Shown here piece after piece: positions 9,230 to 17,857 of a DNA stretch of 64,000 nt. The translations under genes were made by a program, and so were the position numbers. Origin of the DNA: a bacterium (GTDB taxonomy: Bacteria > Patescibacteriota > Minisyncoccia > Phycocordibacterales > Phycocordibacteraceae); assembly GCA_021849125.1 (NCBI GenBank), contig JAJZTG010000001.1, forward strand, positions 96,422-160,421, written 5' to 3'. The stretch's first letter is position 1; each line of letters begins with the position of its first letter. The notes beneath the pieces were generated by a model. The model worked only from the letters and a program-made list of their open reading frames with translations, was not told the origin of the DNA and ran no database searches.

Positions 9230-9964
9230 GGCAGTATTGAGGCTACATCTTAACGAAAGAGTTATCGCATTCCACCCAATATACGCAAAAATCTTGGGAG
9301 GAATTGAGGAGGCCATATTCTTTCAGCAGATTTGTTTTTGGAGCGATAAAGGTAAACGTGATGATGGTGCTATATACAAAACGTCTAAGGATATCGAGGA
9401 GGAGACAACGCTTAGCGATCGGGTACAGCGCCGCGTGAAGAAAAAATTCAGGAGCTCGGACTGCTTGAGATTTGGCTTGAGAAGGTCGGAGGCGGTCCTG
9501 TATGCCACTACCGCGTGCACTGGGATGTCCTGCGAAAATGCCTAAAGGATTTCTACCAACTGTCGGAATCCTCTATATATTCAGAAACTACTCCAAGAAA
9601 AAAGAATGCGGTTTCTTCAAAGCAAGAAACCGCAACCACCTCCTCCCGGGGGAAATTCAATGCCACGAACGTAAGGATGACCAGATATAAAAATCCTGCC
9701 GTGCAAGAAATCGTTGAGACGTTCGTGAGACAGTGCGAGAAAAATATGGGCATTGCCCCAGTAATCGGTGCAGACGACTTCCGCATGGCTTCTTATGCTC
9801 TCAACCGCGGAGGGCTTTCAAAGGAAATGGTGTTTGAGATGATTGATGATTGGTTCGCGCAGCCGACAAAGGATGGCGACATATTGCATCTCACCAGAGC
9901 CATCTCAAAGAGCAGAATCAATACCTATCGAGGAGAGAACGTTAACAGGTTCAAGAGATCTTAA
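9207..9964 (+). pseudogene. winged-HTH (replication-initiator-like?) gene split by a -1 frameshift at an A6 tract; pseudogene, homopolymer error or recoding
   Basis: ORF 9207..9545 reads ...LSDRVQRRVKKK across aag aaa aaa at 9438-9446. The -1 frame continues without a stop from 9416 as IQELGLLEIWLEKVGGGPVCHYRVHWDVL..., and runs into ORF 9515..9964. One extra A would fuse the two into a protein of roughly 250 aa. Confidence 0.4.
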
Positions 9965-10161
9965 TTAACTTTATGGAAACAAAAAACGAAAAAGGACGGG
10001 TGCTATCAGCAAGTGAACGACTGCGAGAAGACTTGGAGTATGCAATCGGCAGATTCGTCGAAAAACTAAAGAGAGAGATTGGAGTTCGTTAAGACTTGCA
10101 TTCCCGTCCCACGAAGGTACTATCCCGACCCCCGGGGATTACGGGACATAAAAACGGACCT

Positions 10162-11733
10162 ATGGAAAAAGCCATCATCTACACACGCGTTTCGTCGAAA
10201 GAGCAGGAAGAAACCGGCTACTCGCTCGATGCGCAGGAGCAGTTCCTAAAGGAATACGCTCAAAAGCTTGGGCTCCCGGTTGCCAAAATCTACAAGGTCA
10301 CCGAGTCCGCGAGTAAATGGCAACTGCGCAAGACGCTCGACGCCATGCTCGAATACGCTGTTGAGCACGATGTGAAAGTTATCCTTGGTGAGAAGATCGA
10401 TCGACTGACCCGCAGTCTCAAGGACGCCGCAATCATCGATGACTGGGTGCACGACGAGGACGGGCGTCAGGTGCACTTCGTCAAAGAACACTTCATCGTC
10501 AGCAAGGAAACGCGTGCGCACGATAACTTCGTGTGGGACATGAAGGTCGCTGTGGCGCGCTTCTACACAAACAATCTCTCGGAGGAAGTTAAGAAGGGTC
10601 AGAAGCAGAAGATTGCCGAGGGATGGTTGCCGACCAAGCCACCACTCGGTTACAAGACCGTCGGCGAAAAAGGAAAGAAGATCCACATGATCGATGACGA
10701 CAAGGCTCCGTTCGTGCGACGTATGTTCGAGATGTATTCGAGCGGTAACTACTCTGTCATCTCTCTTGCGGATGCAATGTATCGCGACGGGCTTCGGAAT
10801 CGCGCCAACAAGAAGGTTGGCAAGAGCCGCATGTACGACATGCTGCGCGATCCGTTCTACTACGGCGCGATGCAATGGAAGGGTCAGGTGTTTGCAGCCA
10901 AGCACGAGCCACTCATTTCCAAAGAACTCTTCGACCGCGTACAGGCGCTCTTAGCGCGACCGTTCAATCAACTCCAAATGCAGAAACACCTACCGGTGTT
11001 CAAGGCGAAGATGCGCTGTGGCGCGTGCGGCGGCTCGGTAACGTGGGAGACGCACAAGGGCTACTGGTACGGCCACTGCAACGGTTACAAGCGCAAGGAC
11101 ATGAAGGCAAAATGCGAAAGCCGCCACATCTTCCTGCGTCAGGACAGGATCGAGGAACTCATGTTCCCGTTGTTCGAAAAAGCTACACCCAAAGGCGCAC
11201 ATGTGATCGAAGTGCTGAAGGAGGCATTGAAGGAAAGCCACGCGGAAGAAGTCGACCGATTCGATGCGCAGCTCACAAGTCTCAACCTGACGATCGACCG
11301 ATCTCAACGACGACTCGAAACGATCTACGAGGACAAGCTAGATGGCAAGATTTCGGCGGAAATGTATGAAAGCTTGGCCAAGCGCTATTCCAGCGAGAAA
11401 GAGGCTGCTACGGGCGAAATTTCGCGCCTGAACCGGGGTAACAAGCGCTACTACGAGGCTGGGTATGCCATTCACGAGCTCGCTCTCCAGGCAGCGGCCA
11501 TTTACAGCGACGAAAAGACGACGAACGAGGATCGTCGGATGCTCCTGAGCTATGTTTTTTCGAACATCGAGCTAAACGGCGAAGAACCTAAGTTTTTCTA
11601 CACGCCAGCGTTCGATTTCGTGGTGAATTGGGTACCCAAGCTAAATTTGATTTTAGAACTCGAAAATAGCTTGGAAACTAAAAGACGAAATGGCGCTTTC
11701 GCGCCATCTCATCCTGTTCTGCTCCGCGGGTAG
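10162..11733 (+). CDS. large serine recombinase (integrase)
   Basis: N-terminal resolvase catalytic domain with IIYTRVSSKEQ (catalytic Ser). A recombinase domain follows, then a zinc ribbon CGACGG...HCNGYKRK and a coiled-coil C-terminus. The stop codon at 11731-11733 overlaps the tRNA 3' end. Confidence 0.9.
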   Translation: MEKAIIYTRVSSKEQEETGYSLDAQEQFLKEYAQKLGLPVAKIYKVTESASKWQLRKTLDAMLEYAVEHDVKVILGEKIDRLTRSLKDAAIIDDWVHDEDGRQVHFVKEHFIVSKETRAHDNFVWDMKVAVARFYTNNLSEEVKKGQKQKIAEGWLPTKPPLGYKTVGEKGKKIHMIDDDKAPFVRRMFEMYSSGNYSVISLADAMYRDGLRNRANKKVGKSRMYDMLRDPFYYGAMQWKGQVFAAKHEPLISKELFDRVQALLARPFNQLQMQKHLPVFKAKMRCGACGGSVTWETHKGYWYGHCNGYKRKDMKAKCESRHIFLRQDRIEELMFPLFEKATPKGAHVIEVLKEALKESHAEEVDRFDAQLTSLNLTIDRSQRRLETIYEDKLDGKISAEMYESLAKRYSSEKEAATGEISRLNRGNKRYYEAGYAIHELALQAAAIYSDEKTTNEDRRMLLSYVFSNIELNGEEPKFFYTPAFDFVVNWVPKLNLILELENSLETKRRNGAFAPSHPVLLRG

Positions 11734-11759
11734 GATTCGAACCTACGACCAACTCGTTA

Positions 11760-12363
11760 CACGTTCTCTCTTGTTACCAAGAGCGTGGACTATATCATCA
11801 CCCGTATCTGCGTCATGCAGATCGAGGGTGCGAGGCGCTTCCCCAGCCCCAGTTTTGGACTCAAAACTCGTTTGAATTCAAAACTGGAGCTGGGTACTCC
11901 CTTGCGGGATAGTCTCTAGACCTTCTCATCTTCCGATGAGCTTGGCTCGGGATTGCCCACAGCATTTCCTCTGTTAGGGGTTCCCCGAATTCACCTCGTG
12001 TTCGACCTAAATCTCTTTAGGAAGCTGCGTAATGCCTGCGTGCAATTCGCGGTGACAGTTCGCACAAACAAGAACGCATTTATCGATTTCTTCTTTGATC
12101 TTTTCCCAAGATCTCGTGAGACCTTTCGTCGAGAGACCGAAGTCTTTCTGGCTCGGATCTTTGTGATGAAAATCGAGTGCTCCTGAATAACGACTGTATC
12201 CGCACATAACGCACTTCCCGCCCTTGTATTCGCGCGCCATTTCTCGAAGCTTCTTTCGACGCTCCGAAACGGCTTTACGCAAGTACTCGGCACGGTCGGC
12301 ATAAGTCCTTTTCTCTTTTGGCATACTCATTTAAGTATACCACTCGGGTTTTGGACTTGAACC
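11760..12363 (-). mobile_element. group I self-splicing intron carrying an HNH homing endonuclease ORF
   Basis: R element AGAGACUA (plus-strand 11910-11919), S element GAUAUAGUCC (11788-11797), and a P9 hairpin CUCUUG-GUAA-CAAGAG just before the 3' splice site. The 5' exon ends in U and the intron ends in G. The HNH ORF lies in the same orientation, about 35 nt inside the intron. Confidence 0.65.
12007..12330 (-). CDS. HNH homing endonuclease (intron-encoded)
   Basis: 107 aa with CVMCGY ... DFHHKD ... LVCANCHRELH, the classic HNH Cys/His arrangement. Confidence 0.8.
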   Translation of the reverse strand: MSMPKEKRTYADRAEYLRKAVSERRKKLREMAREYKGGKCVMCGYSRYSGALDFHHKDPSQKDFGLSTKGLTRSWEKIKEEIDKCVLVCANCHRELHAGITQLPKEI

Positions 12364-12387
12364 ACAGCGAGCCGCTCTACCACTGAG

Positions 12388-12543
12388 CTACCGCGGAATG
12401 TATTTTCCTTCCGCGGCAGCTCAGGTCTGAGCTACCACCGAAGGGGCCGAGCGAAATATGAAAGTATTCTTTGCATATTTCCGAGGCCCCGAACGGGAGC
12501 AAGCAGTTGCGAAGCAATCTGCTTACCGCGGAATGTATTTTGT
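12388..12543. repeat. 18-bp direct repeat (taccgcggaatgtatttt) at 12388-12406 and 12526-12543, bracketing a GC-rich hairpin cluster
   Basis: The first copy covers the tRNA 5' end plus its immediate upstream sequence. The segment between the copies contains a long near-perfect hairpin (12447-12495). Confidence 0.5.
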
Positions 12544-12877
12544 TTTCAATACTTCTGCCCCGAAGGGCAGGTATTCGCATTCTAACCGAAAATCAGGATG
12601 CCGCAACGGTATGAAAACAGCCGCCCGGATGGGCGGCTGGCGATGAGGTGCTGTTTTAGCTCGATAGCGGCAGGTCTAGAAAATACGATGCCGATACCAT
12701 GAACAGCCCGGGGAATTGCTCAACTACTTCCGGTGGAAGTTTTTGAAGCTCCTCCCAGACCGAGGCCTGGGTAACTCCTCCTGCAGATGCTTCGCAAGCT
12801 TGTGTGATTTCGTTTTTCTCAACAGACATTGCAAACCTTTCTTCAATCAGTTAAAGAACATTCTCAAATGCAAAACC

Positions 12878-12916
12878 GGTGCGGAGACCGCATCGGTTCT
12901 ACTTTTTTATTATAGC
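12878..12916. terminator. bidirectional rho-independent terminator
   Basis: Hairpin ccggtgcgg-aga-ccgcatcgg flanked by an A-run on one side and a T-run on the other, lying 3' of the SET-domain gene. Confidence 0.5.
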
Positions 12917-12936
12917 ACGGAAAAGAATCCGCGCAA

Positions 12937-13347
12937 TCAGGCCTTCTGATGCTTCGCACAACGACAACCGAAAGGCTTGATGTGCTCGTCGAAATATTCT
13001 TCCCCGTAATCGTAGGTAAGCTCTTCGCCCGGCTTGATGCCCTTGATCGCATCGATCCAGACGCGGCCCTTTACGATATTCGGTTCGCAGTTGGGCTTGC
13101 AAGAATGATTGATGTAGCGAGCAAAGTTGTCGCGCTGGGTGCCGTCGATCGTCTTCCGGCTGTTTACCTCGAAGAGGTACTTGCTCTTGCTCGTGTATTC
13201 CTCTTCCTTGGAAATCTCGCGGCCGAAGTACTCGATGATCCGCTCCCCTTTCTTGAATGCGCGCGTCGCGAAAAGACCCAAACCTGCGCTTGAGCGCCCC
13301 ACGCGAAGCCCCTCCGGACACACCGGTTTCTTTTTCGTATCTGCCAT
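12937..13347 (-). CDS. SET-domain protein (putative protein-lysine methyltransferase)
   Basis: RYINHSCKPNC and GEELTYDYG motifs, plus a C-terminal Cys cluster (post-SET-like). Confidence 0.8.
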   Translation of the reverse strand: MADTKKKPVCPEGLRVGRSSAGLGLFATRAFKKGERIIEYFGREISKEEEYTSKSKYLFEVNSRKTIDGTQRDNFARYINHSCKPNCEPNIVKGRVWIDAIKGIKPGEELTYDYGEEYFDEHIKPFGCRCAKHQKA

Positions 13348-13356
13348 ATATCTTGC

Positions 13357-13746
13357 TTAGCTTTCAGTAGTAATGCCGTCGAAGTGCTCTTCGCGCTCGT
13401 CATCCTTGGTCGGCTGCACGGTGCCGTCCTTGTGCTCAGGCGGCGAGTAGAGCGTGTAGAGCTTCAGGTCCTCCTCGCCGGTATTGATGACGTTGTGGTG
13501 CGTCCCTTCCGGGATAACGACCGCGTCATCGGCTTTGACCGCATGCTCGATACCGTCGAGGATGACCGTCGCCGTACCAGCTTCGAAGCGGATGAACTGG
13601 TCAAGGTGGTGCACTTCCTCGCCGATCTCCTCGCCGGGCTTAAGTGCCATGAGAACGAGCTGGCTGTGTTTAGACGTGTAAAGGACGCGACGATAATCCG
13701 TGTTTTCGAGCGTCGCTTGCTCGATGTTGGTGAGATAGCCTTTCAT
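13357..13746 (-). CDS. cupin-domain protein
   Basis: Two His-containing cupin motifs (GEEIGEEVHHLDQF and IPEGTHHNVIN). Confidence 0.65.
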   Translation of the reverse strand: MKGYLTNIEQATLENTDYRRVLYTSKHSQLVLMALKPGEEIGEEVHHLDQFIRFEAGTATVILDGIEHAVKADDAVVIPEGTHHNVINTGEEDLKLYTLYSPPEHKDGTVQPTKDDEREEHFDGITTES

Positions 13747-13760
13747 ATACGGAAACTATA

Positions 13761-14423
13761 TCACGTACCCGGATGCGATCGTGGCCACTCGGCAAAGGAG
13801 CCCGCCTTCCGCTCCATGGAGTCAGCCGAGCGTACGTGCCGCCAGTTCCCTTTCGGTACGAGGTCGTAGTGCGGCGCAACGCTGATCGCATCGACGATGT
13901 CGTACAGATCCCGTTCGGCGGTGATCCACTCGGTACCGAAACGGCTCATGCGCATCGGCCGGCTGTAACACTCAAGCGTCTTCTCGCCCGAGGGCAAGAA
14001 CCACTCGTTGAAATACGAAAGCGCAAGCTCACGCGGCGTGCGGTAGATCGGGTCGCGAAAACGTAGGACCGCATGATTGGTCTTGCTTACCGCACCCCAG
14101 GCACCCCCACGCTTGTAGAGCGCGATCACGTGGTCGGTATCGCCCTTCCCCATCCTCGCGGAGAGGTCCATGATCAAGGGTGGTTCGCCGTGTATCCAAA
14201 GCGCCGTCGCAGCGAGGAGCGCTCCTTCGATGCAGTGCGCCTTCTGTTCACGCAAAACGCCGCGCGGACTCCGATAGGTCGGTCCTTCCTTTTCCCAGTT
14301 CATCGGGAGCGCATCGAGAAAATCCTGTATCGCGCTCGGTGTCGAAAGCCGAGAGAGCAGCTCATACTCCTCTTCGGAGAGGCCGGACCTCGCGCGAGTG
14401 AGACGGTCCATACGTATCAGCAT
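13761..14423 (-). CDS. hypothetical protein, possibly of the transglutaminase-like cysteine peptidase fold
   Basis: AHCIEGALLAATAL followed by DTDHVIALY gives a Cys/His/Asp spacing reminiscent of the transglutaminase core. This is weak evidence. Confidence 0.35.
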   Translation of the reverse strand: MLIRMDRLTRARSGLSEEEYELLSRLSTPSAIQDFLDALPMNWEKEGPTYRSPRGVLREQKAHCIEGALLAATALWIHGEPPLIMDLSARMGKGDTDHVIALYKRGGAWGAVSKTNHAVLRFRDPIYRTPRELALSYFNEWFLPSGEKTLECYSRPMRMSRFGTEWITAERDLYDIVDAISVAPHYDLVPKGNWRHVRSADSMERKAGSFAEWPRSHPGT

Positions 14424-14495
14424 ACCCCACGAAACACCACGCGCCCGGCTAAAGCCGGGCGCGTGGTGTTTAAACTGATTCGGTATTCCGTAGGA

Positions 14496-15053
14496 TTACC
14501 TGAGCGCAAGACGACCGCTCTGCTTCGCGACGATCGCAGCGAGTTCCGCTTGGGTCTTCGGCATGTGGTTTATATCCACATGACCGACGACGCGGAAGGT
14601 CACCCCATTGCAGACGCCGAGTACGGTAGCTGCGTCGACTTTCTTACCATCGTAACGACGGTAGGTCGGCGTAGCGTCGAGAAGGACGTCGACACGGTCG
14701 GTAAAGCGGGAGTGCATGGTATCCGCGATGACGCGATAACCGATGTGCTCCTCCACTACGCCGAAACCGCAGCTGCCATCCGACGATACACCGGAGCCAT
14801 CAAGCTCGATGATCGTACCGAACGGGAGCGTATCGGCAAGGTCGCGCGACCGAGCAGCGACGATTTCCGGGTTCGAGTACGCACCGGAGGCGGTCTCAAA
14901 CGGATTTTCGTCGGTCTGTTCCGGAACAGCGCTATAGGCGGTAACGGTCACCGCGTGTCCGAGGCGCTCCAGAGCCGGTGCAGCTTCTGCTACCGAGGCC
15001 GATGCGCCCGTGGACAAAAGGAAAAGGCCCATAAGGGCTCCTAACATAGACAT
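14496..15053 (-). CDS. secreted 3D-domain (MltA/YuiC-like) protein
   Basis: Signal peptide MSMLGALMGLFLLSTGASA, then VTVTAYS...TASG motifs with conserved Asp residues. The start is trimmed to the internal Met to avoid overlap with uppP. Confidence 0.55.
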   Translation of the reverse strand: MSMLGALMGLFLLSTGASASVAEAAPALERLGHAVTVTAYSAVPEQTDENPFETASGAYSNPEIVAARSRDLADTLPFGTIIELDGSGVSSDGSCGFGVVEEHIGYRVIADTMHSRFTDRVDVLLDATPTYRRYDGKKVDAATVLGVCNGVTFRVVGHVDINHMPKTQAELAAIVAKQSGRLALR

Positions 15054-15136
15054 TGGTGTTTTATTACCGAAACAGTCAATAACTGCCTCGTTGTTTACAA
15101 CCCTAACATATTGACAATATTCTGTCAATAGGTCCA

Positions 15137-15934
15137 ATGGGCACGTGCTATCATTCCTTTGTGACCATTCTCGACAGCATTTTGCTCGGTATCGTCGAAG
15201 GAGCCACGGAATTCCTACCTGTTTCGTCGACCGGCCACCTGATTCTCGCCTCTTCCCTCCTCGGGATAGCCCAAACCGACTTCACCAAGACCTTCGAGAT
15301 CGCTATCCAGCTCGGGGCGATCCTCGCCGTGGTCGTGCTCTACTGGCGCACCATCTTCGATTTCGAGCTTATTAAGAAACTTATTGCCGCCTTTCTCCCG
15401 ACAGCCGTTATCGGCCTCACCCTCTACCACCTCGTGAAGACCTATCTCCTCGGGAACGTGCTCGTGGTCATCGCATCGCTTTTCGTGGGTGGCGTCATCT
15501 TCATCTTCTTCGAACGCTGGTACGGTACCAAAGAAAACACAGCCCTTCCTGATACTCCGATAACCTACCGTCAGGCTTTCTTGATCGGCCTTTTCCAATC
15601 GATCGCGGTCATCCCGGGGGTTTCTCGGAGCGGCGCCACGATCCTGGGCGGCCTCGCCCTCGGCATCGCGCGTCCCGCGATCGTTGAGTTCTCGTTCCTC
15701 CTTGCCGTACCGACCATGGCAGCTGCGACCGGTCTCGACCTCCTCAAGACCGGCATGGCCTTTACCGCGCATGAGTGGCTCCTCCTTTCGGTCGGCTTCG
15801 TCGTCTCTTTCGCGGTAGCGATACCGGTCATCCGCTGGCTCCTCGCTTATGTGCGTAATCACAGCTTCACGAGTTTCGGTGTCTACCGTATCGTCATCGC
15901 GCTCGTCTTCGCAGCCTTCCTGTTCCACATCTGA
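15137..15934 (+). CDS. uppP: undecaprenyl-diphosphatase
   Basis: GIVEGATEFLPVSSTGH and the second conserved PGVSRSGATI motif, in a multi-TM protein. Confidence 0.9.
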   Translation: MGTCYHSFVTILDSILLGIVEGATEFLPVSSTGHLILASSLLGIAQTDFTKTFEIAIQLGAILAVVVLYWRTIFDFELIKKLIAAFLPTAVIGLTLYHLVKTYLLGNVLVVIASLFVGGVIFIFFERWYGTKENTALPDTPITYRQAFLIGLFQSIAVIPGVSRSGATILGGLALGIARPAIVEFSFLLAVPTMAAATGLDLLKTGMAFTAHEWLLLSVGFVVSFAVAIPVIRWLLAYVRNHSFTSFGVYRIVIALVFAAFLFHI

Positions 15935-15939
15935 CGTCC

Positions 15940-17721
15940 ATGCGTTTCCTTGAATACACGACGCTCTTCCCTCCCGCCACAGTCGCACTTCTTCTTGCGG
16001 GCGGGCTCTTCTCGACCTCATCCGTCCCTTACCTTGTCGCGATCGGTATCGGCATCCTCGGCGTCCTCGTCTCGGCGCTGCGCGACCTTCGTGAGCACAG
16101 CTGGGCGCTCGACTATATCGCGCTCCTTGCGATGGTGGTCGCGGTCTTTTCCGATGAGTGGCTCGCGGGGGCGGTTATCGCGCTCATGTACACGGGCGGC
16201 GAGGCGCTCGAAGCCTACGCCTCGCACCGCGCAGAAGCATCGCTCGCCGCGCTTCTTGCGCGCATCCCGAAAACCGCGCTCGTGAAGCATGGTGACACGA
16301 CCGAGGAAGTACCGCTTGCCGAGGTGCCAAACAAAGCGACCATCGTGATACGCGGCGGCGAGCTGGTACCGCTCGACGGCTATCTCGCTTCTCCGGAGGC
16401 CACTCTTAATCTCGCGAACCTCACGGGTGAACCGCTTCCTGAAACGGTCACCGAGGGCGCCGTGGTGAAGAGCGGTAGCGTGAACGCCGGTCCAGCGTTT
16501 GAGCTCCGCGTTTCCGGCACGCTTGCGACCTCTACCTACGCGAAGATCGTGGACCTCGTGAAGGACGCCGCGCGCGACCAGTCGCCGTTCGTCCGCCTTG
16601 CCGCAAAAGCAAACCTTCCCTTCACCCTGCTCACCCTTCTCATATCGGGCGCTGTGTACCTCATGACCGGCGACATCACGCGCGTACTCGCCGTGCTTGT
16701 CATCGCGACACCCTGCCCGCTTCTTATCGCTGCTCCCGTCGCCTTCATCGGCGGCCTTTCGCGCGCTGCGGGGAAAAACATCATCGTAAAGACGCCCGCC
16801 GCACTTGAGACCGTTTCCGGCACGACGACCATCTTTTTTGATAAAACCGGCACGCTGACGCTCGGCGAGCCACAACTCACCGAGATCGTACCGCTCACTG
16901 CAAACCTCACCGAATCTCAAGCGCTCTCGCTCGCTGCTGCGCTTGAATTCCACTCCATCCATCCGCTCGCGCGCGCGATCGTCGCTACCGCACGCGAGCG
17001 CCATTTCACGCCTGCTCCGGCGCACGAATCAGAGGAAACGCTCGGTACCGGCATCGCCGGCACGATCGCCGGAGAACGCTACTCGATCGGTCAGGCACCC
17101 AACCAGCATCGGAAAGAAAGCGGTATCTCGCTCTTGCTTGTGCGTGGCGATGAACCGATCGCTCTCTTCCATTTTTCAGATGTCCTCAAAGAGCACGCGA
17201 AGGCCCTGCTCACTGATCTCGCACACGCGGGCTACAAGGTCGCGGTACTGACCGGCGACAGCCAGGCACATGCCGAAGAAATTTTCACTGGCCTCGACAT
17301 CACTATTCATGCAGACTGCACACCCGAGGAGAAATTCGACATCGTTGCCAGGGCGCGCAAAGAGGGTGAGATCGTCGCGATGGTCGGCGACGGCTTGAAT
17401 GACGCCCCGGCTTTGGCAAAAGCCGACATCGGCATCGTCTTCTCCGGTACGGAAAACAGCGCCTCGATCGAAGCTGCCGATGTCGCCATCTTGGGACATG
17501 ACGTCAAACTCATCCGTGAGCTTTTCGCGCTTTCGCACCGTTCGGTGAAGATCGCTGGCGAGAGCGTCTATACCGGTATCGCGCTCTCGGTCGTCGGCAT
17601 GCTCGCTGCCGCGTTCGGCTTCATTGCCCCGGTCGAAGGTGCGATCCTGCAGGAAGGCATCGACGTGACCGTCATCGTGAACGCGCTCAGGAGCGCACTG
17701 CGTCCGCGGAGCGAGGCGTAG
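15940..17721 (+). CDS. P-type cation-transporting ATPase (P1B-like, compact, no N-terminal metal-binding domain)
   Basis: DKTGTLT phosphorylation motif, VGDGLNDAPAL hinge motif and TPCPL in a TM helix. Only 593 aa. Confidence 0.75.
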   Translation: MRFLEYTTLFPPATVALLLAGGLFSTSSVPYLVAIGIGILGVLVSALRDLREHSWALDYIALLAMVVAVFSDEWLAGAVIALMYTGGEALEAYASHRAEASLAALLARIPKTALVKHGDTTEEVPLAEVPNKATIVIRGGELVPLDGYLASPEATLNLANLTGEPLPETVTEGAVVKSGSVNAGPAFELRVSGTLATSTYAKIVDLVKDAARDQSPFVRLAAKANLPFTLLTLLISGAVYLMTGDITRVLAVLVIATPCPLLIAAPVAFIGGLSRAAGKNIIVKTPAALETVSGTTTIFFDKTGTLTLGEPQLTEIVPLTANLTESQALSLAAALEFHSIHPLARAIVATARERHFTPAPAHESEETLGTGIAGTIAGERYSIGQAPNQHRKESGISLLLVRGDEPIALFHFSDVLKEHAKALLTDLAHAGYKVAVLTGDSQAHAEEIFTGLDITIHADCTPEEKFDIVARARKEGEIVAMVGDGLNDAPALAKADIGIVFSGTENSASIEAADVAILGHDVKLIRELFALSHRSVKIAGESVYTGIALSVVGMLAAAFGFIAPVEGAILQEGIDVTVIVNALRSALRPRSEA

Positions 17722-17740
17722 GCGTGGTATCGTACTAAAA

Positions 17741-17857
17741 ATGGACCCTGTTTTTCTTATCACGATCATCGCTTTCCTCGTCTCCGTATTCGTCGGTGGC
17801 GCGCTAGTCGGCGCACTTGCAGCCCATTTCTACGAAAAGAAGCACCTTAATCGCTAA
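17741..17857 (+). CDS. possible 38-aa single-TM peptide downstream of the P-type ATPase
   Basis: MDPVFLITIIAFLVSVFVGGALVGALAAHFYEKKHLNR. There is no clear Shine-Dalgarno sequence, and it overlaps the helicase stop on the other strand. Confidence 0.25.
   Translation: MDPVFLITIIAFLVSVFVGGALVGALAAHFYEKKHLNR

Larger units (their letters stand above)
11722..12397 (-). tRNA. intron-containing tRNA, probably tRNA-Asn(GUU), split in the anticodon loop
   Basis: 5' exon (12397 down to about 12364): UCCGCGG-UA-GCUCAGUGGUAGAGC-G-GCUCG-CUGU. 3' exon (about 11759 down to 11722): UAA-CGAGU-UGGUC-GUAGGUUCGAAUCCUAC-CCGCGGA-G. The acceptor and anticodon stems pair perfectly. U1-A72 with discriminator G73 and the loop CUGUUAA match tRNA-Asn, though a Thr(UGU) reading with splicing after U33 is not excluded. 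CCA is not encoded. Confidence 0.7.

Noticed and set aside
11972-12010. Plus-strand GGGGTTCCCCGAATTCACCTCGTGTTCGACC, resembling a tmRNA 5' end (GGGG...TTCGAC).
   Set aside because: It lies inside the group I intron on the opposite strand. No tRNA-like 3' domain follows on the plus strand.
12420-12700. Possible SRP (4.5S) RNA, based on GGUGCUGUUUUAGC and a GGAAGCAGC-like string.
   Set aside because: I could not fold it into the conserved domain IV with a GNRA tetraloop and symmetric loops. It is kept only as a generic ncRNA candidate in the findings.
12458-12949. Small ORFs at 12458-12646 and 12716-12949, and a 57-aa minus-strand ORF at about 12680-12850.
   Set aside because: They have no RBS, sit in a hairpin-dense intergenic region and show no recognisable features.
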